A stretch of 64,000 nt of DNA from positions 71,858,001 to 71,922,000 of the forward strand of contig OZ287752.1 in NCBI GenBank assembly GCA_965649765.1, in the 5' to 3' direction. Origin of the DNA: Bispira polyomma. Taxonomy: Eukaryota. Positions 24,789 to 38,829 of this stretch are shown here, one piece after another. Below the pieces are notes generated by a model that was not told the DNA's origin, searched no databases, and saw nothing but the letters and a program-made list of their open reading frames with translations. Position 1 is the stretch's first letter; each line of letters starts with the position of its first letter. Made by a program: the position numbers and the translations under genes.

Positions 24789-25452
24789 ATAATAATGTGC
24801 AGACTGAACACAGAATGTCGTCGTTACAATATTAGGAGGCAATGGATTATTATGGAGTGCATTATGAATCCCTCACCTTTTTAAGACTTTTTGTCATGTG
24901 ATCAATTCGTGCCCGTATGAGTCACTTATAGGGAATAAACTGCACACTATCACTGCATAAAGTTTGCAGGTCACCTCAGTCTCTAAAGCTACTAAAATGC
25001 AGGGCTTTACAGTATTGATTTACCACCAACATGGTTTTTTTTTCTTAAGTTGATCAATCGTATAACATAAGAAGATGGACGTCTGTCACATGTTACCTAT
25101 TGTGTGTTCTTTACAAAATAAATTTGTATTTCACATTTATGATATGATACGATTGATTTGCCTAAACTTGCCTAATTGATGCCAGGCATCTTCTAAAGTG
25201 CAATATCATTGGTAAAGTTGTTAAAATGGTAATCCGTTTCTGATGCAAATTCATGATCGGAGGAGTTGACACGGAGGAGAAGGATGTCTGTGGAGGGTAA
25301 GCGAGGGTGCAGAGATGGGTCTTACAGTTGATTCTGAAAACCAGAGAGGGTTTTAAGAAACGTTGTATACAAAGTTAAAAACAGAGGCATTAATACATTG
25401 TAAATAAATTATCCCAAGATCTAGCATCAGATTACTTACAGCTGACACTTAC

Positions 25453-25515
25453 CTGCACACATTTGACCTCTAGTGACCTATGACCTGTCACCCTGCAGTG
25501 ACCTTCAACTTATAC
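25453..25515 (-). other. 63-bp exon-like segment with consensus splice sites, stops in all three frames
   Basis: cagtcccttttcag| acceptor and CAG|gtaagt donor; another acceptor (ctctctggttttcag) ~118 nt downstream. Confidence 0.4.
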
Positions 25516-25559
25516 CTGAAAAGGGACTGATACTTCATGTATACATTGAATTATTGCTG

Positions 25560-26161
25560 GAGCGGTGTTCACAAAAGGTATTCTTAGGGCTTAGGGGCTA
25601 AAGTCTAAGATTTTTGTCTTAATTTTTGGAAACCAAAGTTTTGGCTCGATTTATAGTAAAAAGGGTTTGGTGTGTTTTACATTGCAAAGCATTGTCTTTT
25701 TGCAGTGTATACCACAATTTAATTATTTAAACTTGATATAAAATTTAACAGTCATTACGATAACCTGTGATGAGGCAAATAACAATATTATAATACTATC
25801 TCATATTTAGAATCATGCATTCTTTAGTGGTGGGGTGGGGGTGGGGGTAGTCAGTCTTAAGTCTAAATCTAATGAAAGAAAATTGTTTTTGTATTCATTT
25901 ATTTATTTTTTACTTTGGGATGTTTTATTAGGCCTAAATATTTATACAGTATAAATATATGTGTGTAAAAATGTAGACACTGTTATGTTTTATTGAAATT
26001 AATACAATTTAAAGTTGAGGCCTTCGTCTTTTTTAACCTAGTTCTAGCTGAGCTTCCTTTGTTGAATGCCCAAAACTTAGCTAAGGTCAAAAATCTTAGA
26101 TCTAAAACTGGGCTTAGCCTAAGTTTTAGTTAAGTCTAAGAGCTGTTGCTAAATACGGATC
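25560..26161. mobile_element. Harbinger/Tourist-like MITE
   Basis: Imperfect TIRs gagcggtgttcacaaaa..cttag / ctaagagctgttgctaaatacggatc, ctaag-rich subterminal repeats, CTG flanking both ends. Confidence 0.5.
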
Positions 26162-29100
26162 CTGGAATTTAAATTTACCTGTTTTAACTGATAATATGCA
26201 CTCATGAATTTCTTGGAGAGACTAATAATCATAATGTGCTCATCTAATGTTTCACATTATGAAATGTTTACCTCATTTAGTAATGTGTATGGGATCATGA
26301 TTTTTCAGCATAATATATAAATAATAAATTTGATAATTACTCTTTTTCTTGAGTTTATCTTACTACAACTTAGTAAACCTAGTAAGATAATCTCTTGTGA
26401 TTGATATAAGCTATCCTATGATATTCCCTGACTATTTTACATGTAATGCCATTGAGAAGCTTAGCTTATTGTGAATTCACAATTATCATTTCTTTACATA
26501 GACTAGTAATTTTTCCAAGCTAACTGTAAATGATGTGAATATTACTAAATTTAAAGTATGTTGTTAGCTTATTTTCAGAGTTGAAATTGTCAGGGTATAA
26601 ATATTCATTGCCATATTGAGTAGAATTCACAGGGTTGGGAGTGAGTGTTGCAATGAAATGAGAAAAAAGGTGCTGCAGGATGTACATTGTGACTATGGGC
26701 CAGAACTTTCAAATCAGATTTCTTGGTTGAACAACATTAAAGGTTTGATAAAGTGTGCACCTAAGACAGTTTACTGAGTTACCATTTTTTTAAATGTTTA
26801 AGATTACCTTTAGAATCAGTTAATGACAACAAAACCTCTTGAGTTGCAATTCCTCAATGTATGTCAGTTTATAATATTACAAGGAAAAGTGATCAGTTAC
26901 AAAATACTGCTTCTTGCAAATAAAATAGAATTTAAATATAATATTCGGAATTAGAAGTAAAACACTAAAACTTTTGTATTTAAAGAAAACAACACAGGCC
27001 CACTTAGTCTAGATGACCTTGAGGTCAATCAAGTAATAAATAAAGATAGGTTGTGTAAGGGGGCGTGGGGGTGAATTCGGTGTGAGTTAAAAATAGCTAA
27101 AAATAAAACCCCTAAAATATTAATTCAAGGTTGAAGAAATAAGGAACTTGTCAACTTGACCAGTGATCAATTCACGACTTCCTTCCCTCCACCCCTCAAA
27201 AAAGAAGAAAAATTGCGGGGCAATTGACAATTGTTTAGTAACCTTCCCTAAGTCCCCAACTGGTGAATTTGAATTTAGTTTGACTTTTTGGGGGGTTTTA
27301 CTTAGCTTTCAACAGCTTAGGCCATATCGCGACAGCGAGTTACAATGGTGGAGTAAACCAATGCTAATGCCACTGTAAACCAGTGACCTACTGTGAGTAC
27401 CTGACAATTGGTGAAAACCATACATTTGTTCACAGTCGCTTAAAAGAAACAAGTTATTTATAGTCTAATTAATAAGATTAATAGTAAATTGTTTTGCTAT
27501 AATTACCATTTATTAACGTCCCCAAGGATCTTTATCCTGCCATATTTTAAAGTGTCATCTGAGCCACTTTGCAAACGCATGTTTACATCTTTCCCAAGGA
27601 TGTTATCCGACGAAATGACATTAGCCGCTGGTACCAGAAGTCAAACTCGGGACTTTTTGATCACCAAACCCAACCTCCTAACCTCTAGATCATGGGGAAA
27701 ACAGCTTTACACAAGTTCTAACACAACCATTTTCTAAGTATAATATCATGTATAGACGCCTAGGACAAGGCTAAGCTGTGAAATTTGTCTTGCTTTTAGG
27801 CCCAGATTTGACTAGCACTTTAAGTGGGGAGGAAGTAGAGTAAAACACTTAAATGTTACCACATTAATGTGATATGGCATACTTGGTATTTCATTGCTCT
27901 ATATATGTACAAACAAATGGCAAAGTTGCAGAAAATTTTGTGATGTTAAAAAAACAAGGATCTTTTACTTAGGAGGAATGCAAAACAAGATTATTTGAGA
28001 TACAATTTGTAAATAATCAAATTATTTTTTAATGATGATAAATAACCAAAAAATTTTGGAACTAAAAGGAAGCACAAAATTTGAGCGGCTAAAAAAGGCC
28101 CATGTTTTCGGTATGGTAGGCGGTACAAGAAGGTAGTTGAAGGTACTGCAACTTGCCGTTTTGTCTTGCCTATTAAATAGGCTGTTCCATGTATGCAAAA
28201 TACACTTCCTAAAACTTGTCCAAATAGGTGTTACAGATTGAAAAAGACGATACTACATAGTGAGACCAGGGCTCAACCAAAGTTGTGTTCTCTACCTTGT
28301 GACACCGCCAAGTGTTTTATTTAAGTAGAAAATTAAATTATTTGACCTGTTACAAAGAAAGGGTATAATACTTTTAAAATATGTCTACCTAAATAAACCG
28401 CTTGATGTCGTTTTAAAAAACTTGACCATTCAGTAATTGGTCTCAAATATAATCGAAGCATTTATAGAGAGCCAAATTGATGATAAAATCCTCTAAGGCA
28501 CTGATATCCAAAAAAGGGAAGGTTCAGTAGCCATCAAAAGGTCATCAGCAAAAAGCATTCACTAAGGAAAGGGTTACTAAGGAGAGGGGTAGGGCAGTCT
28601 AAAAACGTGAATTTTGAGGTTGCCTCTGAAACCAATGTTTGTATCCTGTGATCTGACAATCTGTGGGAGCTTGTTCCATTCAACAGGAGCTGCAACAGCA
28701 AAGCAGCAGATGCCGATTTTCCTAGTTGGTCGGATAATGTAAATCTACTGACACGAACGGCAAAACACAGCACCGTAAACATGATTTCTATGAAGTTGTT
28801 TCCCAACCAATTTGTTTGTCAATTTATTTCTAAAATAATTAGATCTCTTTTTTATGGATGAAGTTTTTTTGGTAAAAAAATAATAACAGATGAAAATCTA
28901 ATCCAGTGTGAATGAAACGGTATTTTTGTGAATGAGAAGGACAAAACCTCCCACTTACACTAACAACGTGTTGATTCTGATGTTTGTCAAGCCCTGCCTT
29001 GCTAAGAAATAACAATAACCTTTCTAAGGCCCATAGTTGTAGCATATACAAGAATTTAAATTTAAGAAAGTAAATACTTCAGAAGTAAGTGCAGGTAGTT

Positions 29101-29589
29101 TGCCTTATATCATTAGTCTTTTTAAACTTATTGACTATTATATTTCAACCATTTGTATTTGGGTTTTATCAGAGGGGCAATATGTTATTGGAATTTTAGC
29201 CCATCCTCAGGTAATTCATTGGCCCTGTATCGTGTACAGCTCGGTGAATTAAGTTACATGATGTATTTAATTTATTGTAGCAAATGTGTGAACAAATTTA
29301 TATAGGAGAAACACAGAGTTAACTTAAAAAAAAAGAATGTGTGAATATAGATTGCAAGTGATTAAACCACATCCATCTAGAAACACAGTAGTATCTAGAC
29401 AATTGATAATCACAATCACATGGCACTTAGTGTGCAAGAATGGTGTACATTCATATTTGAACCATCAGATACAGGTGAACGTTGCAGACTTGAGCTATTC
29501 TGGATATTGAAACTGCACATTCAAGCATCACTTGGCATCAACCAATATTGCACTCAGTATAGCACATTTTATTAGTAGAATGTTAATTT

Positions 29590-29822
29590 AGTTTGAATTT
29601 AGTTAGGTTTGAGGTCACTTTCAACAGCTTAGGTCAAATCACGACAGCCTGATTCAATGGTGAAAGAAACCAGTGCAAAAGCCACTGTAACCTCCAGCTT
29701 GTGGCAAGTACCTGGCAAACTTTGTCATATGAAAGTAGAAACAGGATTTGAACACTACATCGGTGTGAAGCTAGTGATTATAGAAAAGGCCCTTCTAACC
29801 AGGTGCTAGGCCACTGTGGCCC
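29590..29822 (-). mobile_element. tRNA-derived SINE, family 2, near full length
   Basis: Head ggggccacagtggcctagc...ggttagaag, B-box-like gtgttcaaatcc, tail ctaactaaattcaaac. Confidence 0.75.
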
Positions 29823-32800
29823 CTACCAGAATGAGGCTCTTCTACTGGATAGATACACAATTGATATAATTGCCCTCAAAGTCAAGATAAAACAGCTGTT
29901 GGTTATATTAAGCTATATTAAGCTTTTTACAATGCTCAAAAATGGCATACTTTAATCACCAAATTTACAACAAAAAAGCAATGCATGTATATTTCATTTT
30001 CAACAGCATTCAAGGGATACATGTGACAGAACTTGATCCCCTTTAGCATTATTTGTATGGAGGCCATACTCAAAATGATTACAGATAATAACCATTCCAT
30101 GCCTAAGAGAAAAGTATCATCATGAACGAGGAATATTATCCAGTAATAGGTTACAGATAGGTTACAGATAGGTTACAGATATCACACACCACAGAATATT
30201 TCCGGCATTCAATAATAGCCTCACATTAATTTTTTTAGACAGGGAAAGCGCAGTGCCTTTAAGTGACCTTAGTTATGATGATAACATATACAGAATGAAG
30301 CAGATGGGAATATTAATACTTTAATCTATGGTTATAGCTACAATATATACATGACTTGAAAAGCAAAGGTCACCCTAGTGGTTATAGTCATTTTAGATTG
30401 AGGTGACCCTAATGTTTATGTGAATATTTCACTAACAACATGGTGTAATATAGTAATATAGAATTACTGTATATAGTGTTAAATAGCAAAGTGTTCCTTC
30501 TTTTTGAACTGTCCTGTATATTGAAAAGTTTGAAACTATTGTAAAACACTTTGACAAGACTTTAAGCTAATTACTTTATTGCATCTTAAAATATGTGGCA
30601 AAATTATCCCCCCAAAATAGTATTATGTAAATGGTAAACAAAATTGATCTGTAACTAAATTAACATAATGGAAATGTGAAATGTATCTATTATACAACAA
30701 AAATATGCAACATATTAAAGTGACTTATACGCCCATCTATGGGCTGGATCAACCATATTTATGTAGTATAAAGTATTGTTAGATTACATGAAGGAAGAGT
30801 GCATGTCACTATCATAAAATAAATAAATAAAATAAAAATATATATGTGAACATCATGTTTGAGACTCAACAAGGCTAGCTGGCAAATGAAAGAAAAACAT
30901 ACTGAGATGGAGTCATTAATTCTTAGATGGGACTGAAAACAGAAGCTCCAAACTGTGGGATTTTTACAGAAAATTCAAAGCAATCAGTCCCTTCCATTTT
31001 GACAGTTATGATTATAGAATGTCCTCACAGTTCTTTCTGGTTGTGACCCCCTCCTCCACCCTTCTCCCCTAGCCGATGATTTTCACAATATTCCTCAAAA
31101 TAACCTGTTGGAATGAAGATCTTGTGTAAGTTCCTAAGTTTATGTACATCAGGAAACTTCCTTTGGAAAAACAAACATCACATGTCATTTTAACGAGTTT
31201 AAAGTGCTTGATTGGAAATTGGGACATTGTAATCTACTATCACAAAATCCATTTTTAATGGCTTAAGGGAAAATTATGTTCAACTTAGCAACTCACCCAT
31301 TTCGAGTTTTCTGAAGACAAGACTGATTACTATTCTACTGCGCAGATCTGTTTCCCAATAAAAACAAAAAATGAGTTTCATCCCTTGCTGTCAAAACTAA
31401 AAACCAACGGGGTGGAAGTTTTTGCACTGGTTGACCCCTGTGACGACATTTCCTCTCTCAAGTAAACAGTAATTTACCCAATTATCGCTCGCTGGCTAAT
31501 GTCACAGCCCATTTGATGTTTATTTTTGTGTGAGCCTGTCAATTATAATCAAGCCAGGTCATAAATAATTGAAACTAAGCGGGGAAAAGTGAAAAAAGAG
31601 AAATTATATGGATATTATGGGTTTTTCCAGAAATCTGGACCATTGATCAGTGTATGTACATAGTTAGTAAAAGTTTTATTATACATATACATTAAATTTA
31701 TGATACACACGTCAGCAACATTTTTCAGTCTTGTTACTATCACATTCGTAATATCAAAAGAATCAGAAATCACTTGTCACTGGATATTACCATCACTATG
31801 GCTAACTCCCATGCTAGCAGCCGCCTAGACTACTGCAATTAATTTCTACTTGAAGCAAAAAAGTGTCACATAATCATGTCACAGTCTACATTCAAACAAT
31901 CTGCTTTAAGTCATTTTTCGTTTGAGGTTAGATACTGATGTTTCCATATACCTTAAAAGACTACGATGGCTTCCTGTATACTATCAAATCCAAGTAATCA
32001 TTTTCAAAGCTGTCATCTCTCAACAACCCTCTTACCAGGAAAATTAGTCAAGCTTAAAATTTGATGAATTTGGAAAACTAGGGATCTTAAATAATTAGTT
32101 CACATGATTTATATTTTCTGTGGGTGTAATTATCTCTAAAAATTGCCATAAATTGCTGCACAATCAAATATCTCCAATATTTTTAATAATAATTATTATA
32201 TAATAATAATTTCTTTTTGTATTCCTTTTTTATATTTGTATATATATAAAGACAGAACTTTGTGGTTATATAATTTATGTAACTGAAAAGGTCACTGAAT
32301 GCTAGATATTGCTTGAGCTCGAACATGTGATCACTGATGATTCCATATTAAATGTAATGTGTGACATTCTTGAACGACCAAATGCATAGTTGATTACTTT
32401 TTCCATAACGTGATCTATTAAGGTATTTTGATCAAAATTAAGATGTCCTCATTCAATTTAACACGGTTTTTCTGATAGAGGTCAACTAGGATAGGCGCTA
32501 TTTAAAAGAAATAGATTGCATCATTTATCTTTACATAGTATAAAATGTATGATACGGTAAACAGATTTACTTAATTGGTGAACAAATATACATATATTAT
32601 ACAGGTGTAAATTTTAGTTAAAATAAAAGTTCACAACTTTGTACTTCTAAAACAATTTTACCTGCAGTATGTTTGGTCCATAATAACCATTGCTATTTCC
32701 AAAAAAATAAATTATTATAAACTTCAATATTTTATTAGGAATCAATGTTTTACTATTCAAACTGTTGATTTATATGAAGTATGTTCAAACTAAGCATGTT

Positions 32801-33486
32801 CTGTATAATTTACAATGAAAAAAAAATACTAATACATTTAAAAAATACCTCTAAAAGAAATATTGCCATTCTGTCAAATAGAAGAATTGTGGGAATGTGG
32901 AGAGGGGGGGGGGGGGGGGTGTTAGAGACCGACATCGATCAGGACTAAAGTCACACAATAAGCTTCCTGGAATGTAGTTAGCACTTGCGGCTTGTGAAAG
33001 GGAAGGGAAGTTATTGACTCAGTGGCTGACGAGAGTTAGCACACACAGGGAGTCTACGCCTGTTGCTTACAATACGAGGGTTAAAACAAGTTCTCAGTGA
33101 CTTTATGGGGACATTTATTTGAGGTTTGATCAATCTTTAGTTTGAAAATGCCCAATATTAAATAATTTCAATTATTTTTACATAACACATATTTTATGTG
33201 AAAAATGTCATGTGTAGAAAAAAATTAAAATTCCAGAAAAAACGTTTTTTTGTAAAACAGAAGATAGGTTTTGTTTCTTACTATAAACAAAATAAAACAA
33301 ATGAAATGTAAGTTCAGTGCTTTTACCGTCTTTACACAGAAGAAAAGTGAATCCTTCCCCTATTGTAAATAAAATAAATTATATATAATTACTAGGGCAC
33401 ATGGGGATTGGCAGAGTAAGTGAATTTTGTTAGCATTTCCCCTTAGTGTCTGGGATGCTTCACCAACAGGCCAAATATTGCCTTCT

Positions 33487-34479
33487 ATGTTGGGGTCCAA
33501 CTTCCGATTTGACCAATCTTAAGATGGGCTATAACCCAACTTCTGATCCCAAGTTTGGTAGCCCTATCTTAAGATGGGTCTGCACATCTTAAGCCCATTT
33601 TAAATTGGCCAGGAAAACCCGCCAAACTTGAAATTGGATTAAAATTGAAAACTGCAGATATTAAATGTTTAAATGTTATAATAATTTAAGGCACATGATG
33701 ATAATTTAAGGGTTTAACTTTTTAATGTACTGACAGGCCTAAAGTTTATTATTAAATGTACCAGTTATTGTAAATGTACAATTTAAGTGTCTTTAGGTTT
33801 ATGGTATGATATCACCTCTATTGGGGTCAAAGACAACTTTTACAGTTTACACCAAGCCTGGGTTTTTCCGCTCGTGTCAACCAATTGTTCAGTCTCAACT
33901 CCCTCAGGAAGCATACTAGCCACTCTGCTACATACAACACACAAAGATTAACACCCATTAGCAGTCAGGTACCTATTTCTACACCTGGGTAGAGAGACCA
34001 CTTTGTGTAAAGCACCGTGTCCAAGGGTACAATCTCCAGGCCTGCAGTGCGGATCAAACCTGGGCTCTCAAATCACTCAGATCCAGGGTCCGACACTATA
34101 ACCACTAGGCCACAGAGACCATTATTACTTTTTTTTGCTGATAAACTTCCATTTATAATGAATATTTTCTATGAGTGTAAGTGTCTTTTAAAAAACTACT
34201 GTATTTTCACAATAGGCTTATCCTTTCATGGCTTATACTTTCAGGCTTATCCTTTTTATGCCTTTTGACAGAATAATTCCAGTTCAAAATGCATTATTGA
34301 ATGTTTGTATCTATTCTCTAAACATTGTTGCTTCTTCTAATGATGCATTTACATGAATTACATTTGTAATTTATGTTACTTTGATTGTAATTCTCTGAGA
34401 TAGCCTGCCAAATTTAAGATCCTAAATTGGGCTATAGCCCATCTTAAGATTGGCCAAATCGGAAGTTGGGCTTCGACAT
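33487..34479. mobile_element. MITE with ~75-bp TIRs containing a nested SINE
   Basis: ccaacttccgatttgaccaatcttaagatgggctataacccaa (33497-33539) is the inverted counterpart of ttgggctatagcccatcttaagattggccaaatcggaagttgg (~34427-34469). Confidence 0.85.
33845..34120 (-). mobile_element. tRNA-derived SINE, family 3
   Basis: A-box gtggcctagtgg, B-box ggtttgatcc, ctctctacccaggtgtagaaataggtacctg; homologous to 22250-22515. Confidence 0.8.
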
Positions 34480-35750
34480 CTATTTTTAACTTTCTAGGGT
34501 GAATGACTGAGATAATTATGTGTGCTAAGCTTGTCAAATAGCTAGTGGACTGTATTTTCTTGTAGCAATCTGCATAGTTAAACCATTCTGGAATAGGTCA
34601 TCCTGCTTGAAGACAAAATATTACCTACAGATGTATTTTTTAAAATACAGATGGTGTTAGAGCAAATTTATGACATGTACTGATTTTTGTTTTCTGAAGT
34701 TGGGGTGACCTTAAATTATACAGGAAAAGATCTCCAAGTTCTGCAGTGTGTTGTATAACAGGGGAAAAAAGCTTTCATTAAATTGGGTAGCTCAAGGCCA
34801 ACACAAGCACAGATGGTGTGTGTGTGTGTTGGTGGGGGGGGGGGGGGGGGGTTGGGGGGGGGGGGGGTAAAAGGGACTGACTGAATGGGAATTAGAACAG
34901 TTTTAGGAAGATGTGGTTTTTTCACAGAAAAAATAATAATAATAAGGGAATAATTATAGTTATACAGAAGATAAGCTTAAGTGATTATTGGTTACAAGTA
35001 TAAGTTAATTTAAACCAACCAAACTAAAACTATATATTGTGTCATACAATTGGTTGTATTTAGTGTTGCCTTTTAAACAGTAAAAAGCATAATAGGTCTA
35101 CAAATACACTTATTAAAGACATAAAAAAACTTATTAAAATACTTAGAATATAAGTATCTTACAGTGGTATAGAATTTAGAAAATAGAATTTAGCTTGGTT
35201 TTTTATCACTTTGAACAACTTAGGTCATATCACGACTGTCAGACTCAATGGCACTGAAAGAAGCCAATTGCTAAAGTAAGTATAAACCCAACTAAATTCA
35301 AATAGATGCTCATATTAACAAGTGTGTATAAGTCAATAAGAAGATATACATTATTTTAGTATTTGGGTAGCTATAGATAGTCTTAAGCTTTGAGAAAAAA
35401 ATTAAAACTGTTTTTGTCTTTTCAGAAACCAAATACCTTGGTAATAAGTGACTTGGACTGCTGTATTTGTTCACAACATTCATTATGTGAACCAAATCAA
35501 ACCACTTAATTGAAAAGTGAACAAACCTAACCAGTTACTGCTCTCTTTTTTCAATTCGCATATGGTATTTCCATAGCAAATAAATATCCACTGACACAAT
35601 TCCCAAAACCCATGTTCTTGAAACAAATATACTTCCAAATCCCTATACGATTGATCCCTGCATCACAAAGAACAATAATATATGCTAGAAGCACTATATG
35701 GCGATTAGTTTAGTTTAGGCTTAATGTGGCTTTCTGCATATTTTGTGTTG

Positions 35751-35830
35751 GTCTCCAGTGGTCTAGTGGTTAAGGAGTTGGTCTGGTACTCATAAGTTTC
35801 CTGGTTCAAGTCCCACTTTCGAGAACTCCT
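35751..35830 (+). pseudogene. tRNA-like SINE head / tRNA pseudogene
   Basis: A-box tggtctagtgg and B-box ggttcaagtcc at tRNA spacing; stems poorly paired. Confidence 0.6.
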
Positions 35831-36067
35831 ATGGTGATTGAAATATTCCTGGTTTTGACGCATGCTAATTCTGCTAGGTTCATCGGTGAGATAACATTTA
35901 TGAGCACCAACAAACCATTGCCTACTGATGATGACCCAGTTCGCTAGGATATGCTATAGTCCTCAACATTTTGGTGCCTTAAATTATTCTATCATCAATA
36001 GGCTGCTATGTAAATACTTATATAATACTAATAATCAGAACAGGATAGTTGGTAGAGATTTAAGTTG

Positions 36068-36421
36068 TGTCAAGTTTAGACAACAGAAATAACTTGGCTC
36101 TGCTATAAACTTATAAAGAGGCTTGCTCCTGCTGGGGTTTGATCCTGGGTTGTCAGGGTTCTTAAGATTAATAACCCAGTACACTAACAGTTGAGCTAAA
36201 GGGGAAACCCCAGAAGCTTGAGTGTTTAATGCACTGATATACATGGGTATTACATGCCTCTCCCTCACAAAGTCCTGACCGCAGGTCTTATACTACTAAC
36301 ACACTAAGTCTATTCAGACTACTAAGTCGTGAGATTAATAGTCCAGTACACTAACAGTTGAGCTCAAGGGGCAACCCCAGAAGCCTGAGTATTTAATGCG
36401 CTGATATATTTGGATATTACA
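36068..36421 (-). mobile_element. Miniature non-autonomous LTR element with tRNA-like LTRs (Helenus-like), 5' LTR partly deleted
   Basis: 90-bp direct repeats 36332-36421 and 36165-36254, both starting TGTAAT on the minus strand; polypurine tract gagggagagg just before the 3' LTR; LTR ends ...TGACA; LTR has A-box-like tagctcaactgttag and B-box-like ggatcaaaccc. Confidence 0.7.
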
Positions 36422-38829
36422 AAACCATCAATCTTCAGCAAGTGTACTGTAAACTTTCACAGATAAATGGTAGGAGAGATTTTCGAACCCCAACTGAGGC
36501 AGTGTGAGATGAATGTATCATTGTTACCTGCCATTTTAACTTGTCTTAACGTTTAAAATGGCGTGCACCGATTAGGTCAATTTTACAAGGATTAAAATAT
36601 CCTAGCCATTTTATATGGCAGGGAGGATAAGTTTGCCAATTTAATTTCAGTTTTAACATAATTATAAAAGGTATTTGAGAAGTTAAATATTTTTTTTATT
36701 ATATGGAATTATTGAAATGTAATTATGAAATGTTATTATAACCATAACTGTCAGGTCTCTGACTTTCTATCTCTATTGAATACTTCATAAATACACACAT
36801 ATATGTTCACTTATTACAGATTTTAAATCAGTTAAATGTTTTATTATAACATGCAATATTGTAAATTAAAAGTAACGGGACATTCTCATGATCAAACAAT
36901 AAGAAAAGATACAGGAACACTAAATTATTATTACAGAATAATTTATATAGCGTTGTCCAAATGGTTAGTCGGAGGACAGAAACGGGTCATGACCACAAGG
37001 GCATCTGTAGGGGAGATTGGCTGAGTTGGGGGATAAGCCCGTCATAACATATGTGTTTAGAGTTGCTCCTGAATTTATTAATATCTGTTTGGGATCTTAT
37101 CTTAGCTGGCAACTTATTCTACTCAGCAACTTAGTAACTGCGTCTACCCGCCTGTCTGTGTGGTCGGGTGGACACAGATAATCAGTGAGATCACATGAGA
37201 TTACTACACTGAATAAGGGAGTATAGGTGGGCAGGTTGACCAGAATTGATTATCTTAAAAGTGAGTAGATTATACTGACAACTGATAACATGAATGTAAA
37301 CTGTGCAGCTTCATTGAACAAACTTATCAAATAATGTACAACTATACAATAGCACACATTTTTCATTATAATTACCTTGGTAAAATGTCGTGGCTGCCGT
37401 TTTAAAAGGATGTGCCATTTACAACACTCCATTGTAACTTAGATAGGGCAAAACAATGACCAACCTATGTAAGGCCGAAGACATCAAAATGGCAGGGAAC
37501 ATAATCACTGCATCAATGAGGCCAGTTTGTGACTTTTATTATTAATATCATTCTGTAGACTTGGCGTGACCTTTGATGTATCTGTGTGGACAATTTCAGC
37601 AACAACACAAGAATTCTAATGGTCTCCATCTTAGGCACTGGGTCTTTTAAATAGAATCTTGTTTATAACATGATGGATTAAACAGGAAAGCTATGTAATG
37701 ATAGCAATTATTATGAAGCTCGCAGAATCACTAATCATTAGTGAAATCTGTTTGTTCACCCTTATTTAACATGTGGGGTGACTATAAATGTAGATAACAC
37801 ATTAAAATAAGGGCATGGCTTGGAAATCTAAAAAAAATGCAAACGATGTTACAGTCTGGACACACAAAATTAGTTCAATATGATACTATAAAGAAAAGTA
37901 GCTTAAGGGGTTATTTTATTTCTGCTACTAGATTATTGACTCAATGTATCTTGCATTAAGTGTTTAAACGTTCCCTGGAACTTCGTGGGCTTATTAGTGA
38001 ATAATTGTAATTGTATCATAGTATTTCCATATTTAGCATGCAAGTTCATGTTCAGCAAAGACTTAAATTATTGAGTTCAGCCATTTTGTTTAATTGACAG
38101 TTTTTATAACATTCTCATGATTGTATCAAAACGGGTATTTTCCATTATCAAGTAAAATGCTTAATCCCCAGTTAGCTAAAAGGGGGATACACTTTTGTTA
38201 CTGTTTTCTAGTTTTATTATCCCAAATCATTCCCTAGTTGAATAATTAGGATAAGCAGTGTGTACAATATTAGAAAACAATTAGAGTCCTTTAAAAATAA
38301 CAACTAGCCTATAAACATGTAAACACCAATGGAGCTAGTAAATAATTTTTTTAAACGATGATGTGATTATGCTTGATACACAGCACTAACAAATGAGTTG
38401 TCATTACTTTTATTCCTTCCACAATTCTTAACTCCCTAATATTGGCTTTTTGTGCAAAACACTAGCAGCAAACACACTCAGAGACAATAGTTTACATACA
38501 GTCCAAAGAATTAAGTACAGATGGATCAACTATGTAAGGATTGTTTTAAGAGGAGCTAATGACTCTCCAAAACCACCAAAAAGCAAGCTATAAAAAGTCC
38601 CCCATGACCGGCAAAATAGCAGTTACAACCGGCCAATATATATTGATCCTCACCGCCAACCGAAAGTCAACTGGAACGTTTATCCATGTTATTTAGTGTT
38701 AATTGAAGTTCCACCAAAGTTCTCCTGCACAAGAAGGAAGAAAAGAACTAAATGTGTCAATATTTTTAGAAGGAGTCCTATTTTTTGCGACCTTATGATG
38801 GAAGGCAGTAATCTTTATTAGCCATTACA

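Noticed and set aside
25170-25250. Trypsin-like motif DYHFNNFTNDIAL*K on the minus strand
   Set aside because: Contains stops, and ttgcactttagaagatgcctggcatcaatt matches the L2-like tail at ~16922 and ~49696.
35751-35830. Functional tRNA gene
   Set aside because: Acceptor and anticodon stems do not pair properly; treated as a SINE head or pseudogene.
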